Numbered from the stretch's first letter, positions 8,773 through 22,057 are shown. The stretch is 64,000 bases of DNA from Actinomycetota bacterium (GCA_019348355.1 JAHWJP010000001.1:12752-76751), one strand, 5' to 3'. Made by a program: numbers and translations. Notes: generated from the letters alone by a model not told the origin.

Positions 8773-9996
8773 CTAGTCGAGATAGTCGCGCAGCCTCGCC
8801 GCCCGGCTCGGGTGGCGCAGCTTGAGCAGCGTCTTGCTCTCGATCTGGCGGACCCGCTCGCGGGTGACGCCGAACTTCTGGCCGACCTCCTCGAGGGTGC
8901 ACGGCCGGCCGTCGACCAGCCCGAACCGCAGCTCGATGACCTGCCGCTCGCGCTCCGACAGGTCATGCAGCACCGCAGCAAGCTGCTCCTGCAGGAGCAG
9001 GAAGGAGGCCGCATCCCCCGGCCGCACCGCATCGACGTCCTCGATGAAGTCTCCGAGGTGGGAGTCCTCCGCCTCGCCGATCGGGGTGTCCAGCGACACC
9101 GGCTCCTGCGCCAGCTTCTGGATCTGAAGGACCCGGTACGGGGGCAGGTCGAGTTCGCGGCCCAGCTCCTCCGCAGTCGGCTCCCGGCCCAGATTCTGCA
9201 AGAGCTGTCGTTGCAGGCGGACCAGCTTGTTGATGGTCTCCACCATGTGGACCGGAATGCGGATGGTGCGCGCCTGGTCCGCGATGGCCCGGGTGATGGC
9301 CTGCCGGATCCACCACGTCGCGTACGTGGAGAACTTGAATCCCTTTGTGTAGTCGAATTTCTCGACCGCTCGGATCAATCCGAGGTTGCCCTCCTGGATG
9401 AGGTCGAGAAACAGCATGCCCCGTCCGACATAGCGCTTGGCGATGCTGACGACCAGGCGCAGGTTGGCCTCGACGAGATGTCGCTTGGCCACCACCCCGA
9501 GGGCCCGCAGCGCCTCGAGGTCACGACGGGTCGCGCCTGACAGCCCCGGTTCGGCGAGCCGCTCGGCAGCGAACAGGCCAGCCTCGATCGCCTTGGACAG
9601 CTCGACCTCGTCCGCCGCCGTCAGCAGCGCGACCTTGCCGATCTGCCTGAGATACAGCCGTACGGGGTCGCTCGACGCTGCGGCCCGGTCCGCACTGTCC
9701 AGCATGCCTCGCTGGTCGGCTCCATGCTTCGAGTCGGGCGGCTCCCGATCGGCCGGCTCGGCATCCTCCACCGGCTCGACCACCTCGATACCGGCGGACT
9801 TCAGGGCGAGCAGCACCCCGTCCAGCGCCTCGGGCGGCAGGTCACCGGCGAACAGGGCCGCAGTGACCTCGTCGGGCGACACGGCGCCGGACTGCCGGCC
9901 CCGCTCGACCAGCTCCTGGACCTGCTTCGATCCGACGGCGAGCGTCACCTCGGCCGACAGCGGCAGCGGTGGCGGGGTGGACGCTGGTGCGGTCAC
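8773..9996 (-). CDS. rpoD: RpoD/HrdA-like sigma-70 factor
   Basis: [44 protein letters not shown]...[13 protein letters not shown] overlaps the dnaG stop. Confidence 0.93.
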   Translation of the reverse strand: MTAPASTPPPLPLSAEVTLAVGSKQVQELVERGRQSGAVSPDEVTAALFAGDLPPEALDGVLLALKSAGIEVVEPVEDAEPADREPPDSKHGADQRGMLDSADRAAASSDPVRLYLRQIGKVALLTAADEVELSKAIEAGLFAAERLAEPGLSGATRRDLEALRALGVVAKRHLVEANLRLVVSIAKRYVGRGMLFLDLIQEGNLGLIRAVEKFDYTKGFKFSTYATWWIRQAITRAIADQARTIRIPVHMVETINKLVRLQRQLLQNLGREPTAEELGRELDLPPYRVLQIQKLAQEPVSLDTPIGEAEDSHLGDFIEDVDAVRPGDAASFLLLQEQLAAVLHDLSERERQVIELRFGLVDGRPCTLEEVGQKFGVTRERVRQIESKTLLKLRHPSRAARLRDYLD

Positions 9997-11837
9997 AACG
10001 TCCCGATACCACGCTCGCGCAGAGCGCGCACCGTCTGCTCGAGGCTCACCAGCTCGGCGAAGAGCCTGGCATAACGCTCGGGTTCCTCCGCCGGATTGAC
10101 GCGTTGCAGGGCGGCTTTGGCCTGGGCGGTGGCCCGGGTGGCGGCCAGCTCCTGCACCCGCGCCACGACCGCGCCGGCATAGCGGTCGTCCGGCTCGAGA
10201 TCGGACAGGGGGGCCTCCACGGCGAGCCGGGTGATCAGCGACCGGACCTCGTCGTTCGGAGCCGCCTCGAGCAGCGTGGCCACCCAGGCCTCGCCGCCGC
10301 TGGCGCCGGCGGTGCCACCCGCCTTGGCGACGACCTGGTGCACCTCGCGCAGCTCCAGCGCGGTGAAGCACTCGTCGGCAATGGCGTCGTACTGCGGGGC
10401 CACCAGCACCGGCAGCTGCACCGCGAGCTTGAGCAGCTCCCGCTCCACCGTGACCGCCGCGGCGTCGGCCCGCATCGCCGGCGGAGTCCGGCGCTGAGTC
10501 GAGGCTCGACCGCCGCCGGCCAGCTCGGCGACGCGGGACGCCACCGGCTCCACCTCCATGCCGAGCCAGCCCGCGAGCCGCCGGGCGTACTCAGGGCGCA
10601 GCGCCCGATCCTTGATCTGGGCCACCAGTGGCGCCGCCTTCTGCATCGCGCCGACGCGCCCCTCGGCCGTCTCGAGGTCGTAGCCGGACAGCACCGAACG
10701 CACGGCGAACTCCACCAGCGGCACCCGACCGGCGACCATGTCGCGGACCGCCACGTCGCCACGGGCCAGCCGCAGCTCACACGGGTCCATGCCCTCGGGG
10801 GAGACCGCGATGAAGGTCTGCGTGACGAAGCGCTGCTCCTCGCCGAACGCCTTGAGCGCCGCCTTCTGCCCGGCCGCGTCACCGTCGAAGGTGAACACCA
10901 CCTCGCCGCGCATCTCGTCCTGGTCCATCAGCAGCCGCCGGATCAGCCCGATGTGGTCGGAGCCGAACGCCGTCCCGCAGGTGGCGACCGCCGTCGGGAC
11001 GCCGGCCAGGTGGCAGGCCATGACGTCGGTGTAGCCCTCCACCACGACGGCCTGCCGGCGCTTGGCGATCTCCTTCTTGGCGACGTCCAGCCCGTACAGC
11101 ACCGAGCTCTTCTTGTAGATCGGCGTCTCGGCAGTGTTGAGGTACTTGGGGCCGTTGTCGTCCTCGGACAGCTTGCGGGCGCCGAAGCCGACGACGTCGC
11201 CGGCCAGGTCGCGGATCGGCCACAGCAGCCGCCCGCGGAAGCGGTCGACCGGCCCGCGCCGGCCCTCCGAGGCGAGCCCGCCGAGCAGCATCTCCTCCTG
11301 GCTGTAGCCGCTGCCGCGCAGGTGCTTGACCAGCGAGTCCCAGCCCGCAGGGGCATAACCCACGCCGTACGCCGCGGCCGCGTCCTGGTCGAAGCCGCGC
11401 TGCGCGAGGAACTGTCGCGCGGGGACCGCCTCCGGCGTGGCGAGCTGTTCGGCGTAGTAGTCGGCCGCCACCCGGTGGGCGGCGACCAGCCGGGTGCGCT
11501 GCGAGCTCTGCCGGCCGGCCGCGGCCGAGCCCTGCTCGTAGCGCAGCTGGACGCCGTAGCGCCCGGCGAGGCGCTCGACGGTCTCGACGAACGACAGGTG
11601 CTCGGTGTTGCGTACGAAGCTGATGACGTCGCCGGACTCACCGCAGCCGAAGCACATGTAGTAGCCGAGCGCCGGGTTGACGTTGAACGACGGCGACTTC
11701 TCGTCGTGGAACGGGCACAGTCCCTTGAGCCGGCCGCCCCCGGCCGGGCGGAGCTGGACCGCCTCGCCGATGACGTCGGCGATCGCCGCCCGCTCGCGGA
11801 CGAGCACGACGTCCTCGTCCCGGATGCGCCCAGCCAC
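9993..11837 (-). CDS. dnaG: DNA primase
   Basis: [11 protein letters not shown] zinc finger, KYLNT, VEGYTDV, FDGDAAG TOPRIM motifs. Confidence 0.97.
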   Translation of the reverse strand: MAGRIRDEDVVLVRERAAIADVIGEAVQLRPAGGGRLKGLCPFHDEKSPSFNVNPALGYYMCFGCGESGDVISFVRNTEHLSFVETVERLAGRYGVQLRYEQGSAAAGRQSSQRTRLVAAHRVAADYYAEQLATPEAVPARQFLAQRGFDQDAAAAYGVGYAPAGWDSLVKHLRGSGYSQEEMLLGGLASEGRRGPVDRFRGRLLWPIRDLAGDVVGFGARKLSEDDNGPKYLNTAETPIYKKSSVLYGLDVAKKEIAKRRQAVVVEGYTDVMACHLAGVPTAVATCGTAFGSDHIGLIRRLLMDQDEMRGEVVFTFDGDAAGQKAALKAFGEEQRFVTQTFIAVSPEGMDPCELRLARGDVAVRDMVAGRVPLVEFAVRSVLSGYDLETAEGRVGAMQKAAPLVAQIKDRALRPEYARRLAGWLGMEVEPVASRVAELAGGGRASTQRRTPPAMRADAAAVTVERELLKLAVQLPVLVAPQYDAIADECFTALELREVHQVVAKAGGTAGASGGEAWVATLLEAAPNDEVRSLITRLAVEAPLSDLEPDDRYAGAVVARVQELAATRATAQAKAALQRVNPAEEPERYARLFAELVSLEQTVRALRERGIGTL

Positions 11838-11937
11838 GCTGTCTCCGATCCTGCATGACGCGATGAGCCCCGCTGGGGGAAGTGGGCCCGTGCTGCCGCA
11901 GTCTAGGGCGCCGGGGTCGGTTGTGGTTCGGCGTCGT

Positions 11938-13146
11938 TCACGCCTGTCGCAGGCCGGCGTGGAGGGAGGCCGCCGCCGCGTCGGTCAGCGAGGCGACCTG
12001 GTCGAGAACGACCCGCAGTCGGGCCCGGTCGTTCGCAGCCTCGCGCCAGGCCTCGGCATGGGCGGGCTCGAGCGCTGGCGCGCCGCGGTCGACGAGCAGG
12101 CCCACCAGCTCGGACACGACCTGCCGCTCGCGCTCCTGGGCAGCGATCACCCCGGGCCGGGCCATGACGTAGCGGGCCGCCACCGCCTTGAGCAGCGCGC
12201 ACTCGGCCCGGGTCCGGCGCGGTACGACCAGTTCGGCGTCGTAGCGGCGCAGCGGCTCGGTGCCGTAGACCTCCTGCGTGGCGAGCTGCGCGGTCGAGCA
12301 GAAACGGCCGATCAGCGTGCTGGTGGCCGCCTTGAGCATGGCCTGCGCGGAGGCGGTCCCGGTGTAGGCCGTCGGCCAGCACGCCAGCTCACGCAGCCCG
12401 GCAAGGACCTCGCGCAGGTCGGCCAAGCACTCCTCGCTGTAGAACGTCGCTGCCAGCTCGCACAGCGCCGCCTGCTCGTCGGGGTCCGCGAGGTCGCTCG
12501 GGTGCACGAGCCCGGCGATGATGCCGTCCTCCAGGTCGTGCACGGAGTAGGCGACGTCGTCGGCCCAGTCCATGACCTGCGACTCCAGGCAGCGCCGCTC
12601 GGTCGGCGCCCCGTCGCGCAGCCAGGTGAACACCTCCAGGTCGTCGTCGTAGACGCCGAACTTCGAGGTCGCTTCCCGCCTTCCCCACGGGTACTTCGTC
12701 GCGGCGTCGAGCGCCGCCCGGGTGAGGTTCAGCCCGGCGCCGACGACCTTCACCTCGAGCCGGGTCAGCACCCGCAGCGACTGGGCGTTCCCCTCGAATC
12801 CCCCACACTCCTGGGCGATCTCGTCGAGAGCAGCCTCGCCGTTGTGACCGTACGGCGGGTGGCCGAGGTCGTGCGCGAGGCAGGCCGCGTCGACCAGGTC
12901 GGCGTCGCACCCCAGGGACGCGCCGAGCTCGCGACCCACCTGCGCGCACTCCAGCGAGTGGGTCAGGCGGGTCCGCGGCACGGCGATGCCCGGCCCCCCG
13001 GGCTCGACCACCTGCGTCTTGCCGGCGAGTCGCCGCAACGCCCCGGAGTGCAGCACCCTGGCCCGGTCGCGCTGGAACGCCGTCCGGCCCTCTCGCTTGC
13101 CGTGCTCGGGGACCAGCCTGGCGCGCGCGTGGTCGTCATAGGTCAT
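11938..13146 (-). CDS. dgt: dGTP triphosphohydrolase
   Basis: [49 protein letters not shown]. Confidence 0.95.
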   Translation of the reverse strand: MTYDDHARARLVPEHGKREGRTAFQRDRARVLHSGALRRLAGKTQVVEPGGPGIAVPRTRLTHSLECAQVGRELGASLGCDADLVDAACLAHDLGHPPYGHNGEAALDEIAQECGGFEGNAQSLRVLTRLEVKVVGAGLNLTRAALDAATKYPWGRREATSKFGVYDDDLEVFTWLRDGAPTERRCLESQVMDWADDVAYSVHDLEDGIIAGLVHPSDLADPDEQAALCELAATFYSEECLADLREVLAGLRELACWPTAYTGTASAQAMLKAATSTLIGRFCSTAQLATQEVYGTEPLRRYDAELVVPRRTRAECALLKAVAARYVMARPGVIAAQERERQVVSELVGLLVDRGAPALEPAHAEAWREAANDRARLRVVLDQVASLTDAAAASLHAGLRQA

Positions 13147-13190
13147 CGCGAGCAGCCTACGGCCGGCTCAACCCACGCCTCGACCGGACA

Positions 13191-13279
13191 CATCCGCACA
13201 CATCGTGATCACTCCGGCCCCACCCTGAGCGTGAGCCTGGCCTTTGAATCGCGGAAGTGGATCACGTTGTGTGCAGATG
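13191..13279. repeat. REP/MITE-like palindromic element (family 2, copy 1)
   Basis: Arms CATCCGCACACATCGTGATC / GATCACGTTGTGTGCAGATG; homologous to 36114-36195. Confidence 0.75.
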
Positions 13280-13346
13280 CGACCACATCGAGGCGGAAGC
13301 GCCGAGGCCGATGCGGGGCGGGGCCCTGCCCGCCTACCCTCGGGGC

Positions 13347-14840
13347 ATGACCTCGACCCTGACCGACGCTGCTGTCGACACGTTCGACTCCTTCGACCCG
13401 GCCACCGGAGCGGTGCTGTCGAGCTGGCCGGCGCACTCGGCCGCGCAGGTCGAGGCCGCTGTCGGCCGCGCGAAGGAGGCGGCGCAGTGGTGGGGAGAGC
13501 TCGGCTTCGCCGGCCGCAGGACGCACCTGGCCTCCTGGAAGAGCGAGATCGCCCGTGGGGTGCCGGGGCTCGCGCGGCTGGTCCACGCCGAGAACGGCAA
13601 GCCCTTCCCTGACGCGGTGCTCGAAATCACGCTCGCCGTCGAGCACATCGCCTGGGCCGCGAAAAACGCACGGCGGGTGCTCGGCCCGCGCCGCATCCGT
13701 TCGGGGTTGCTGGCCGCCAATCAGGCCAGCACGCTGGAGTACCCGCCGCTCGGGGTGGTCGGTGTGATCGGTCCCTGGAACTACCCGGTGTTCACCCCGA
13801 TGGGTTCGCTGGCCTACGCGCTCGCGGCCGGCAACGCCGTGGTGTTCAAGCCGAGCGAGCACACCCCCGCGATCGGTGCCTGGCTGGTCGAGGCCTGGCG
13901 GCGCGCCGTCCCGGCCGGCCCCGACGTGCTGCAGCTCGTCACGGGCTTCGGGCCGACCGGCGCCGCGCTCTGCCGGTCCGGGGTCGACAAGATCGCCTTC
14001 ACCGGCTCGTCCGCGACCGGGCGCAAGGTGATGGCGGCCTGCGCCGAAGGTCTCGTGCCGGTGCTGATGGAGTGCGGCGGCAAGGACGCGATGATCGTGG
14101 GTGACGGTGCCGACGTCGCCGCTGCGGCGGACGCCGCACTGTGGGGAGCGATGAGCAACGCAGGGCAGACCTGCATCGGCATCGAGCGGGTCTACGTGAC
14201 CGACTCCTCCTACGACGGTTTCGTCTCGGAGCTGACGACCCGCGCCGCCGCGCTGCGGCCCGGCGACGGGGACGGTGCGTCGTACGGCCCGATCACGATG
14301 CCGAGCCAGGTCGAGGTCATCCGGCGGCACATCGCCGATGCGCTCGCCACGGGCGGTCGGGCACTGACCGGGGGCACGATAGAGGGGCCGTTCGTCACGC
14401 CCACCGTCCTCGTTGATGTGCCGGAGACCAGCAGCGCCGTCACCGACGAGACGTTCGGGCCGACCGTCACGGTGACGCGGGTGCCAGACGTGGAGGAGGC
14501 GCTGCGGCGCACCAACGCCACGTCGTACGGCCTGGCCGGCTCGGTGTTCGCCGCCTCGTCGAAGGCCGGGGTCGAGATCGCGAAGCGCATGCGCTCCGGG
14601 ATGACCAGTGTCAACTCCGTGATCGCGTTCGCGTCGGTTCCCGGGCTGCCGTTCGGCGGTGTCGGCGAGTCGGGCTTCGGTCGGATCCACGGCGACGACG
14701 GCTTGCGCGAGTTCGCCCGCGCCAAAGCGATTACCCGCCAGCGGTTCGCCCTACCGGTGGCGCTCACGTCTTTCGAGCGTCCGGAGAAGGTGACCGGTCA
14801 GCTGGTGCGGGCGGTCCGGCTGCTGTACGGCCGCGGCTGA
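13347..14840 (+). CDS. Aldehyde dehydrogenase
   Basis: PWNYP, FKPSE, FTGS, MECGGKD, NAGQTC, ETFGP, PFGG; TACCCT -10 6 bp before ATG. Confidence 0.95.
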   Translation: MTSTLTDAAVDTFDSFDPATGAVLSSWPAHSAAQVEAAVGRAKEAAQWWGELGFAGRRTHLASWKSEIARGVPGLARLVHAENGKPFPDAVLEITLAVEHIAWAAKNARRVLGPRRIRSGLLAANQASTLEYPPLGVVGVIGPWNYPVFTPMGSLAYALAAGNAVVFKPSEHTPAIGAWLVEAWRRAVPAGPDVLQLVTGFGPTGAALCRSGVDKIAFTGSSATGRKVMAACAEGLVPVLMECGGKDAMIVGDGADVAAAADAALWGAMSNAGQTCIGIERVYVTDSSYDGFVSELTTRAAALRPGDGDGASYGPITMPSQVEVIRRHIADALATGGRALTGGTIEGPFVTPTVLVDVPETSSAVTDETFGPTVTVTRVPDVEEALRRTNATSYGLAGSVFAASSKAGVEIAKRMRSGMTSVNSVIAFASVPGLPFGGVGESGFGRIHGDDGLREFARAKAITRQRFALPVALTSFERPEKVTGQLVRAVRLLYGRG

Positions 14841-14850
14841 GCTGACACGG

Positions 14851-15465
14851 CTAGACCGCTTGCGGCCCCGCGTCGCTGCTGCGGCCGAACACCTTGTAGT
14901 AGAGGATCGCGGCGGTCTCGCGGGCGACGTAGCGGGCCTGGACCTGGCGGGTGCGGACCGACGGCCCGGCCCGGGTGGGCGAGGTCACGGCGTCGATGCC
15001 CACGTCGCCGGCCATGGTGCGCGAGCGCAGGCTGTGCCACGGGTCGGTAACGAGGACGACTGTGTCCCAGCCGCGTCTGTCCAGCAGCACGGCAACAGCC
15101 TGAAGGCTCGTCAGGGTGTCGATGCCCTCTTCGACGGCGATGACCTCGTCCACCCCCCGGTCCCGCAGGTAGTCCGCGCCCGCCTCGGCCTCGGTGGTGC
15201 GGTCGCCCGCCTGGCTGCCCCCGACGGTGACGACGCGTGGCGCGACGCCTTGGTCGAACAGCTTCTTGGCCTGCTCGAGCCGGGCCTCGAGCACCGAGCT
15301 GGGCTTGCCCGAGTACTGCGCTGCGCCGAGCACGAGAATCACGTCGCTGACCGGCCGGGCGTCGCCGCGGGCGACGTACCAGATGCTGGCCGCCGTTCCG
15401 CCGACGACGAGCATGGCCACCAGCACGAGAGCGACCATGGCCCGGCGAATCACGGTGAACAGCAC
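14851..15465 (-). CDS. YdcF/ElyC family (DUF218) protein
   Basis: ILVLGAAQY, LEARL, TEAE, LVTDPWHSLR, YVARE. Confidence 0.85.
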   Translation of the reverse strand: MLFTVIRRAMVALVLVAMLVVGGTAASIWYVARGDARPVSDVILVLGAAQYSGKPSSVLEARLEQAKKLFDQGVAPRVVTVGGSQAGDRTTEAEAGADYLRDRGVDEVIAVEEGIDTLTSLQAVAVLLDRRGWDTVVLVTDPWHSLRSRTMAGDVGIDAVTSPTRAGPSVRTRQVQARYVARETAAILYYKVFGRSSDAGPQAV

Positions 15466-18159
<2,694 letters not shown>

Positions 18160-18195
18160 GGAGCTGCTCCTCGGGTCAGGGAAGATCTACCAACG

Positions 18196-19317
18196 TTACC
18201 GGCGGGGAAACTTACGGTAGCGACGCAGCGCCACGGCGAGCGCCCCTGCGGCGAACGCTCCGACGAGGGCGACCGGCCAGAGTGGCCGCCCGGTGTCCGG
18301 CCCGGCAGGGGTCCGGCCGGCGGCGTCGACGTCGGCGTCGGCGTCGCTGTTCGGCGATGACGGCGGCAACCGCGGTGACTGCGACTGTGACGACTGGGAC
18401 GACTGCGACGACTGCGACGGCAGCGCGATCAGCCGGTGGACCGGCGCGCCCTCGCCCTCACTGCTGAGCAGGACCGCGCGACCGTCCCGGCTGTAGGCGA
18501 GCCCCTCGCCCTGCCGGGTGGCGGGAAGAGGCGTCACTGTCGGCGCGCCGTCAAAGGCCGCAGCGACGTCGTCGCCCGGCACTGCCCACTCGTAGAGGTC
18601 GGTGTAGGTACGCAGCGCGATCCGGCTGCCGTCCGGGGCGATGTCGCCGGCGGTGACGAGCACCTGGGCCAGGTTGCCGATGCCCGGTCCTCCGGTGGTG
18701 CTGGTCGGCTGCAGGTCGACCTGCGCCACCTGTTCGAGCGCGTTCGGCCCGCCGGGGTCCAGCTGCTCCGGCGCGGCGTAGACGTTCGCGGGTCCCGCGA
18801 ACGGCTTGCTGACGACGTACAACCTTCCGGTCCGCGGGTGGATCAGCAGCGCCTCGGCGTCCCTCGGCCCGTCGACGTAACGCAGCCGAAAGCTGGTCGG
18901 CCGCTCGGTGGTGACGCTCGCGTCGTCGCCCGGCACCGGCTCGCGCACCCGGTGCACGAGCAGTCCGTTGTCGCGTGCGGCGTTGTTGTCACCGATGTCG
19001 CCCAGCCACAGGCTGCTACGACCCTTCTCGTCCGGACCGCGCGCCATGTCCTCCCAGTCGCGGGCCTGCACGTCGGGCAGGGTGTAGGTCACCAGCGTCG
19101 CGCCGTCGGGTCCGACCGCGTAGAAGCGGGCCACGTCACCGCTGTCGTTGTGGGTGAACAGCACGTCGCCGTCGGTGGAGCTGCTCGCGAGGCCGCTCGA
19201 CTCGGCGATGCGCGGGTCGGCGAAGCTGAGCGCCACCTGCGGCTCGTCGTACGGCGCCAGCAGGACCGGTGACACCCCGGCCGCCAGCACCAGGGCGACC
19301 AGCGGGGTCGTCAGCAC
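18196..19317 (-). CDS. Secreted, membrane-anchored beta-propeller-like protein
   Basis: IAESSGLA, THNDSG, DWEDMA, GDIGDN, DAEAL, QGEGL; C-terminal TM; TAGCGT -10 7 bp before GTG 19317. Confidence 0.75.
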   Translation of the reverse strand: MLTTPLVALVLAAGVSPVLLAPYDEPQVALSFADPRIAESSGLASSSTDGDVLFTHNDSGDVARFYAVGPDGATLVTYTLPDVQARDWEDMARGPDEKGRSSLWLGDIGDNNAARDNGLLVHRVREPVPGDDASVTTERPTSFRLRYVDGPRDAEALLIHPRTGRLYVVSKPFAGPANVYAAPEQLDPGGPNALEQVAQVDLQPTSTTGGPGIGNLAQVLVTAGDIAPDGSRIALRTYTDLYEWAVPGDDVAAAFDGAPTVTPLPATRQGEGLAYSRDGRAVLLSSEGEGAPVHRLIALPSQSSQSSQSSQSQSPRLPPSSPNSDADADVDAAGRTPAGPDTGRPLWPVALVGAFAAGALAVALRRYRKFPRR

Positions 19318-19396
19318 ACCGGGCACGCTAGCCCGGCGCCCCGTCACGACTTCCAGCACACCGGGCACGCCAGCCCCGGCGCCCCTTCACGACTTC
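19312..19396. repeat. 42/43-bp tandem duplication
   Basis: CAGCACACCGGGCACGCTAGCCCGGCGCCCCGTCACGACTTC followed by CAGCACACCGGGCACGCCAGCCCCGGCGCCCCTTCACGACTTC. Confidence 0.9.
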
Positions 19397-19452
19397 CACT
19401 GCGGGATGACACTTCGAGCCTGCCTCCCGATGTCGTTTCGCAGGGGAAGTGG
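19392..19452. repeat. REP-like palindrome (family 1, copy A)
   Basis: ACTTCCACTGCG...GACAC...TGTC...CGCAGGGGAAGT; collinear with 20527-20586. Confidence 0.85.
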
Positions 19453-19537
19453 TGCGGCAGTGCGAGCGGGGGGCGGGAAGGAAGGGGGCGGGGCAGGGCA
19501 GGGGGCGGGGCAGGGGCAGGGGCGGCGCGTGCGGACG

Positions 19538-20470
19538 CTAGGCGGCCCGGCGGGCGGCGGCCCTCGCGAACGCGCGCCGGATGCGGGCGGCAAGCACTTC
19601 CGGAAAGCGCAGCGCCTCGTCCCAGGTGTAGCGGACGACCTCGAAGCCGGCGTCCCGCAGACGGTCCTCTCGCAGCTTCTCCTCGAACAAGCCGGTGCCC
19701 GCCGCATACTTCACGGCGCCATCCGCCTCGGCGACCGTGCGGTGCTCCGGCCAGTAGTGGTCGACGCGCCCGATGCGGTCGTCCGCCGAGCCCAGCCACA
19801 CCTGCAGCTCCGGCACCGGCAGGCCCTGCTCCTCGAAGCGCACCCGGCCGAGGGACTCGAGGGCGGACTCAGCCCGGGCATCGGCGAACGTGACAGCGCG
19901 GCGGGCCGCCCGGATGCCCGGCCATCGCCGACTCCTGTCCACGAGCCGCTCGAGGTCCGCGAGCGTGGCCCCCTTGGCAAGGGCCACGTCGGCACACATG
20001 ACCCCCGCGGCGAACCCGCGCGTCCGCGCGACATCGACGGCGGTACGCGCCAGCGTCGTCACGGGCACGCCGTACAGCGTCTCGGTCTCGTCCGGCAGGA
20101 CGATACGGCTCGCTCCGTGGTGCTTCGGACGCTCGTGCTTGCGCTCGATGAGCATCGGCCGGACCGGGTCGCGCCCGAGCAGGCGGAGGTTCTGCATGAG
20201 GGCGGCCGTGCCGCCCGCGGCAACGAGATCGACGTCGCTGACGAGCCGCTCGGCTGCGACCGACAACGCCAGGCGAAGCACCGTGTCGAGCTCGCCCAGC
20301 AGCGCCGCCTCGGCGTAGACACCTGGGCGGACCCGGACCAGCTGGCGTGGCCGCGAGGTCGTGCCGAGTTGACTGGCCGGCACGCCGCCGTCCCGGGCCT
20401 GCTCGCGTGTCAGCACTCCGCCCTGTGACGCGGCCAGCTCCCGAAGCTCGTCATCCACGAAGGCGAGCAT
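19538..20470 (-). CDS. AbiEi-type N-terminal wHTH plus DUF559/Vsr-like endonuclease domain (start 20470 or 20458)
   Basis: LAASQGGVLTREQA...LVRVRPGVY; VTTLARTAVD; AESALES; RVDHYW...AEADG...EKLREDRLR..GFEVVRYTW. Confidence 0.85.
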   Translation of the reverse strand: MLAFVDDELRELAASQGGVLTREQARDGGVPASQLGTTSRPRQLVRVRPGVYAEAALLGELDTVLRLALSVAAERLVSDVDLVAAGGTAALMQNLRLLGRDPVRPMLIERKHERPKHHGASRIVLPDETETLYGVPVTTLARTAVDVARTRGFAAGVMCADVALAKGATLADLERLVDRSRRWPGIRAARRAVTFADARAESALESLGRVRFEEQGLPVPELQVWLGSADDRIGRVDHYWPEHRTVAEADGAVKYAAGTGLFEEKLREDRLRDAGFEVVRYTWDEALRFPEVLAARIRRAFARAAARRAA

Positions 20471-20497
20471 CCACGTACGCCCGACTCGGCGCCGAAG

Positions 20498-20506
20498 TTG
20501 TCCACA
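20498..20506. promoter_or_regulatory. DnaA-box sequence TTGTCCACA
   Basis: Exact actinobacterial DnaA-box consensus upstream of the AbiEi/DUF559 gene. Confidence 0.5.
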
Positions 20507-20526
20507 GCCCACCCACGCCCCATCGC

Positions 20527-20586
20527 ACTTCCCTGCGAGCCGACACTTCAGCGAGGGTCAGGAGTGCCCTTACGCAGGGGAAGTGG
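20527..20586. repeat. REP-like palindrome (family 1, copy B)
   Basis: ACTTCCCTGCG..GACACTTC...GGAGTGCC..CGCAGGGGAAGTGG. Confidence 0.85.
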
Positions 20587-20618
20587 CCAGGGGCAGCAGG
20601 GCATGGCGCCTCGCGGCT

Positions 20619-21977
20619 CTAGAGCGGGCCGAGCTTGTCGTGCAGATAGCGGGACACCTGCTCGAGCGACACCCGCTCCTGCGTCATCGCGTCGCGCTCG
20701 CGGATGGTCACCGCTTGGTCCTGCAGGCTGTCGAAGTCGACCGTCACGCAGTACGGCGTCCCGACCTCGTCCTGGCGCCGGTAACGCCGGCCGATCGCGC
20801 CCGCGTCGTCGAAGTCGACGTTCCAGTGGCGGCGCAGGTCAGCGGCCAGCGAGCGCGCCACCGGCGACAGGTCAGCGTTGCGCGACAGCGGCAGCACCGC
20901 TGCCTTGACCGGCGCGAGGCGCGGGTCCAGCCGGAGCACGACGCGCTTGTCGACACCACCCTTGGCGTTCGGCGCCTCGTCCTCGACATAGGCATCGAGC
21001 AGGAAGGTCAGCGCGCAGCGGTCGACGCCGGCGGCGGGCTCGATGACGTACGGCGTCCAGCGCTCCCCGCTCTCCTGTTGGAAGTAGTCGAGCGCCACCC
21101 CGGAGGCCTTGCTGTGCACCGACAGGTCGTAGTCGCCCCGGTTCGCGATGCCCTCGAGCTCACCCCACTGCGAGCCGGCGAAGCCGAACTCGTACTCGAT
21201 GTCCACGGTGCGCGTGGAGTAGTGCGAGAGCTTCTCCTTGGGGTGCTCGAACTTGCGCAACCGCTCCGAATTGATGCCGAGGTCGACGTACCAGGCGAAG
21301 CGCTCGTCGATCCAGTCCTGGTGCCACTGCTCGTCGGTGCCCGGCTCGACGAAGAACTCCATCTCCATCTGCTCGAACTCGCGGGTGCGGAAGATGAAGT
21401 TGCCGGGGGTGATCTCGTTGCGGAAGCTCTTGCCGATCTGGCCGATGCCGAACGGCGGCTTCTTGCGCGCGCTCTGCTGCACGTTGGCGTAGTTGATGAA
21501 AATGCCCTGCGCGGTCTCCGGGCGCAGGTAGGCCAGGCCGCTGTCGTCCTCCACCACGCCGAGGTGGGTCTGAAGCAGGCCGTTGAACATCTTCGGCTCG
21601 GTCCACACGTGACGGTTGCCGCAGCTGGGGCAGGCGATCGCAGCGAGCTCCATCCCCGCCCCCTCCTCGAGATGGTCGGCGCGATAGCGCTTGTGGCACG
21701 ACATGCACTCGACCAGCGGGTCGACGAATGCCTGCACGTGACCGCTGGTCTCCCAGACCTCACGGGCGAGGATGACGCAGGAGTCGAGCCCCACCACGTC
21801 GTCGCGGCCCTGCACCACCGCCTTCCACCACTGGCGCTTGACGTTGTTCTTCAGCTCCACCCCGAGCGGGCCGTAGTCCCAGGAAGCGCGCAACCCGCCG
21901 TAGATCTCGGACGAGGGGAACACCAGCCCGCGCCGTTTGCACAGGCTGACGATGGTGTCCATGCGGTCACTGCTCAC
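20619..21977 (-). CDS. glyQS: Glycine--tRNA ligase (alpha2 type)
   Basis: [53 protein letters not shown]. Confidence 0.97.
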   Translation of the reverse strand: MSSDRMDTIVSLCKRRGLVFPSSEIYGGLRASWDYGPLGVELKNNVKRQWWKAVVQGRDDVVGLDSCVILAREVWETSGHVQAFVDPLVECMSCHKRYRADHLEEGAGMELAAIACPSCGNRHVWTEPKMFNGLLQTHLGVVEDDSGLAYLRPETAQGIFINYANVQQSARKKPPFGIGQIGKSFRNEITPGNFIFRTREFEQMEMEFFVEPGTDEQWHQDWIDERFAWYVDLGINSERLRKFEHPKEKLSHYSTRTVDIEYEFGFAGSQWGELEGIANRGDYDLSVHSKASGVALDYFQQESGERWTPYVIEPAAGVDRCALTFLLDAYVEDEAPNAKGGVDKRVVLRLDPRLAPVKAAVLPLSRNADLSPVARSLAADLRRHWNVDFDDAGAIGRRYRRQDEVGTPYCVTVDFDSLQDQAVTIRERDAMTQERVSLEQVSRYLHDKLGPL

Positions 21978-22057
21978 AACAGAAACTCCGGTCCGGCTGG
22001 CGGTCGGCGGGTGGGTTCGCAGGCTACCGGTGTGCTCGAGTTGTCCGAGGCCTTCGG

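Noticed and set aside
11871..11888. CGCTGGGGGAAGTGGGCC resembling the right arm of family-1 palindromes
   Set aside because: No partner arm; too degenerate
19538..20470. Calling this a complete type IV toxin-antitoxin system
   Set aside because: No adjacent AbiEii nucleotidyltransferase gene
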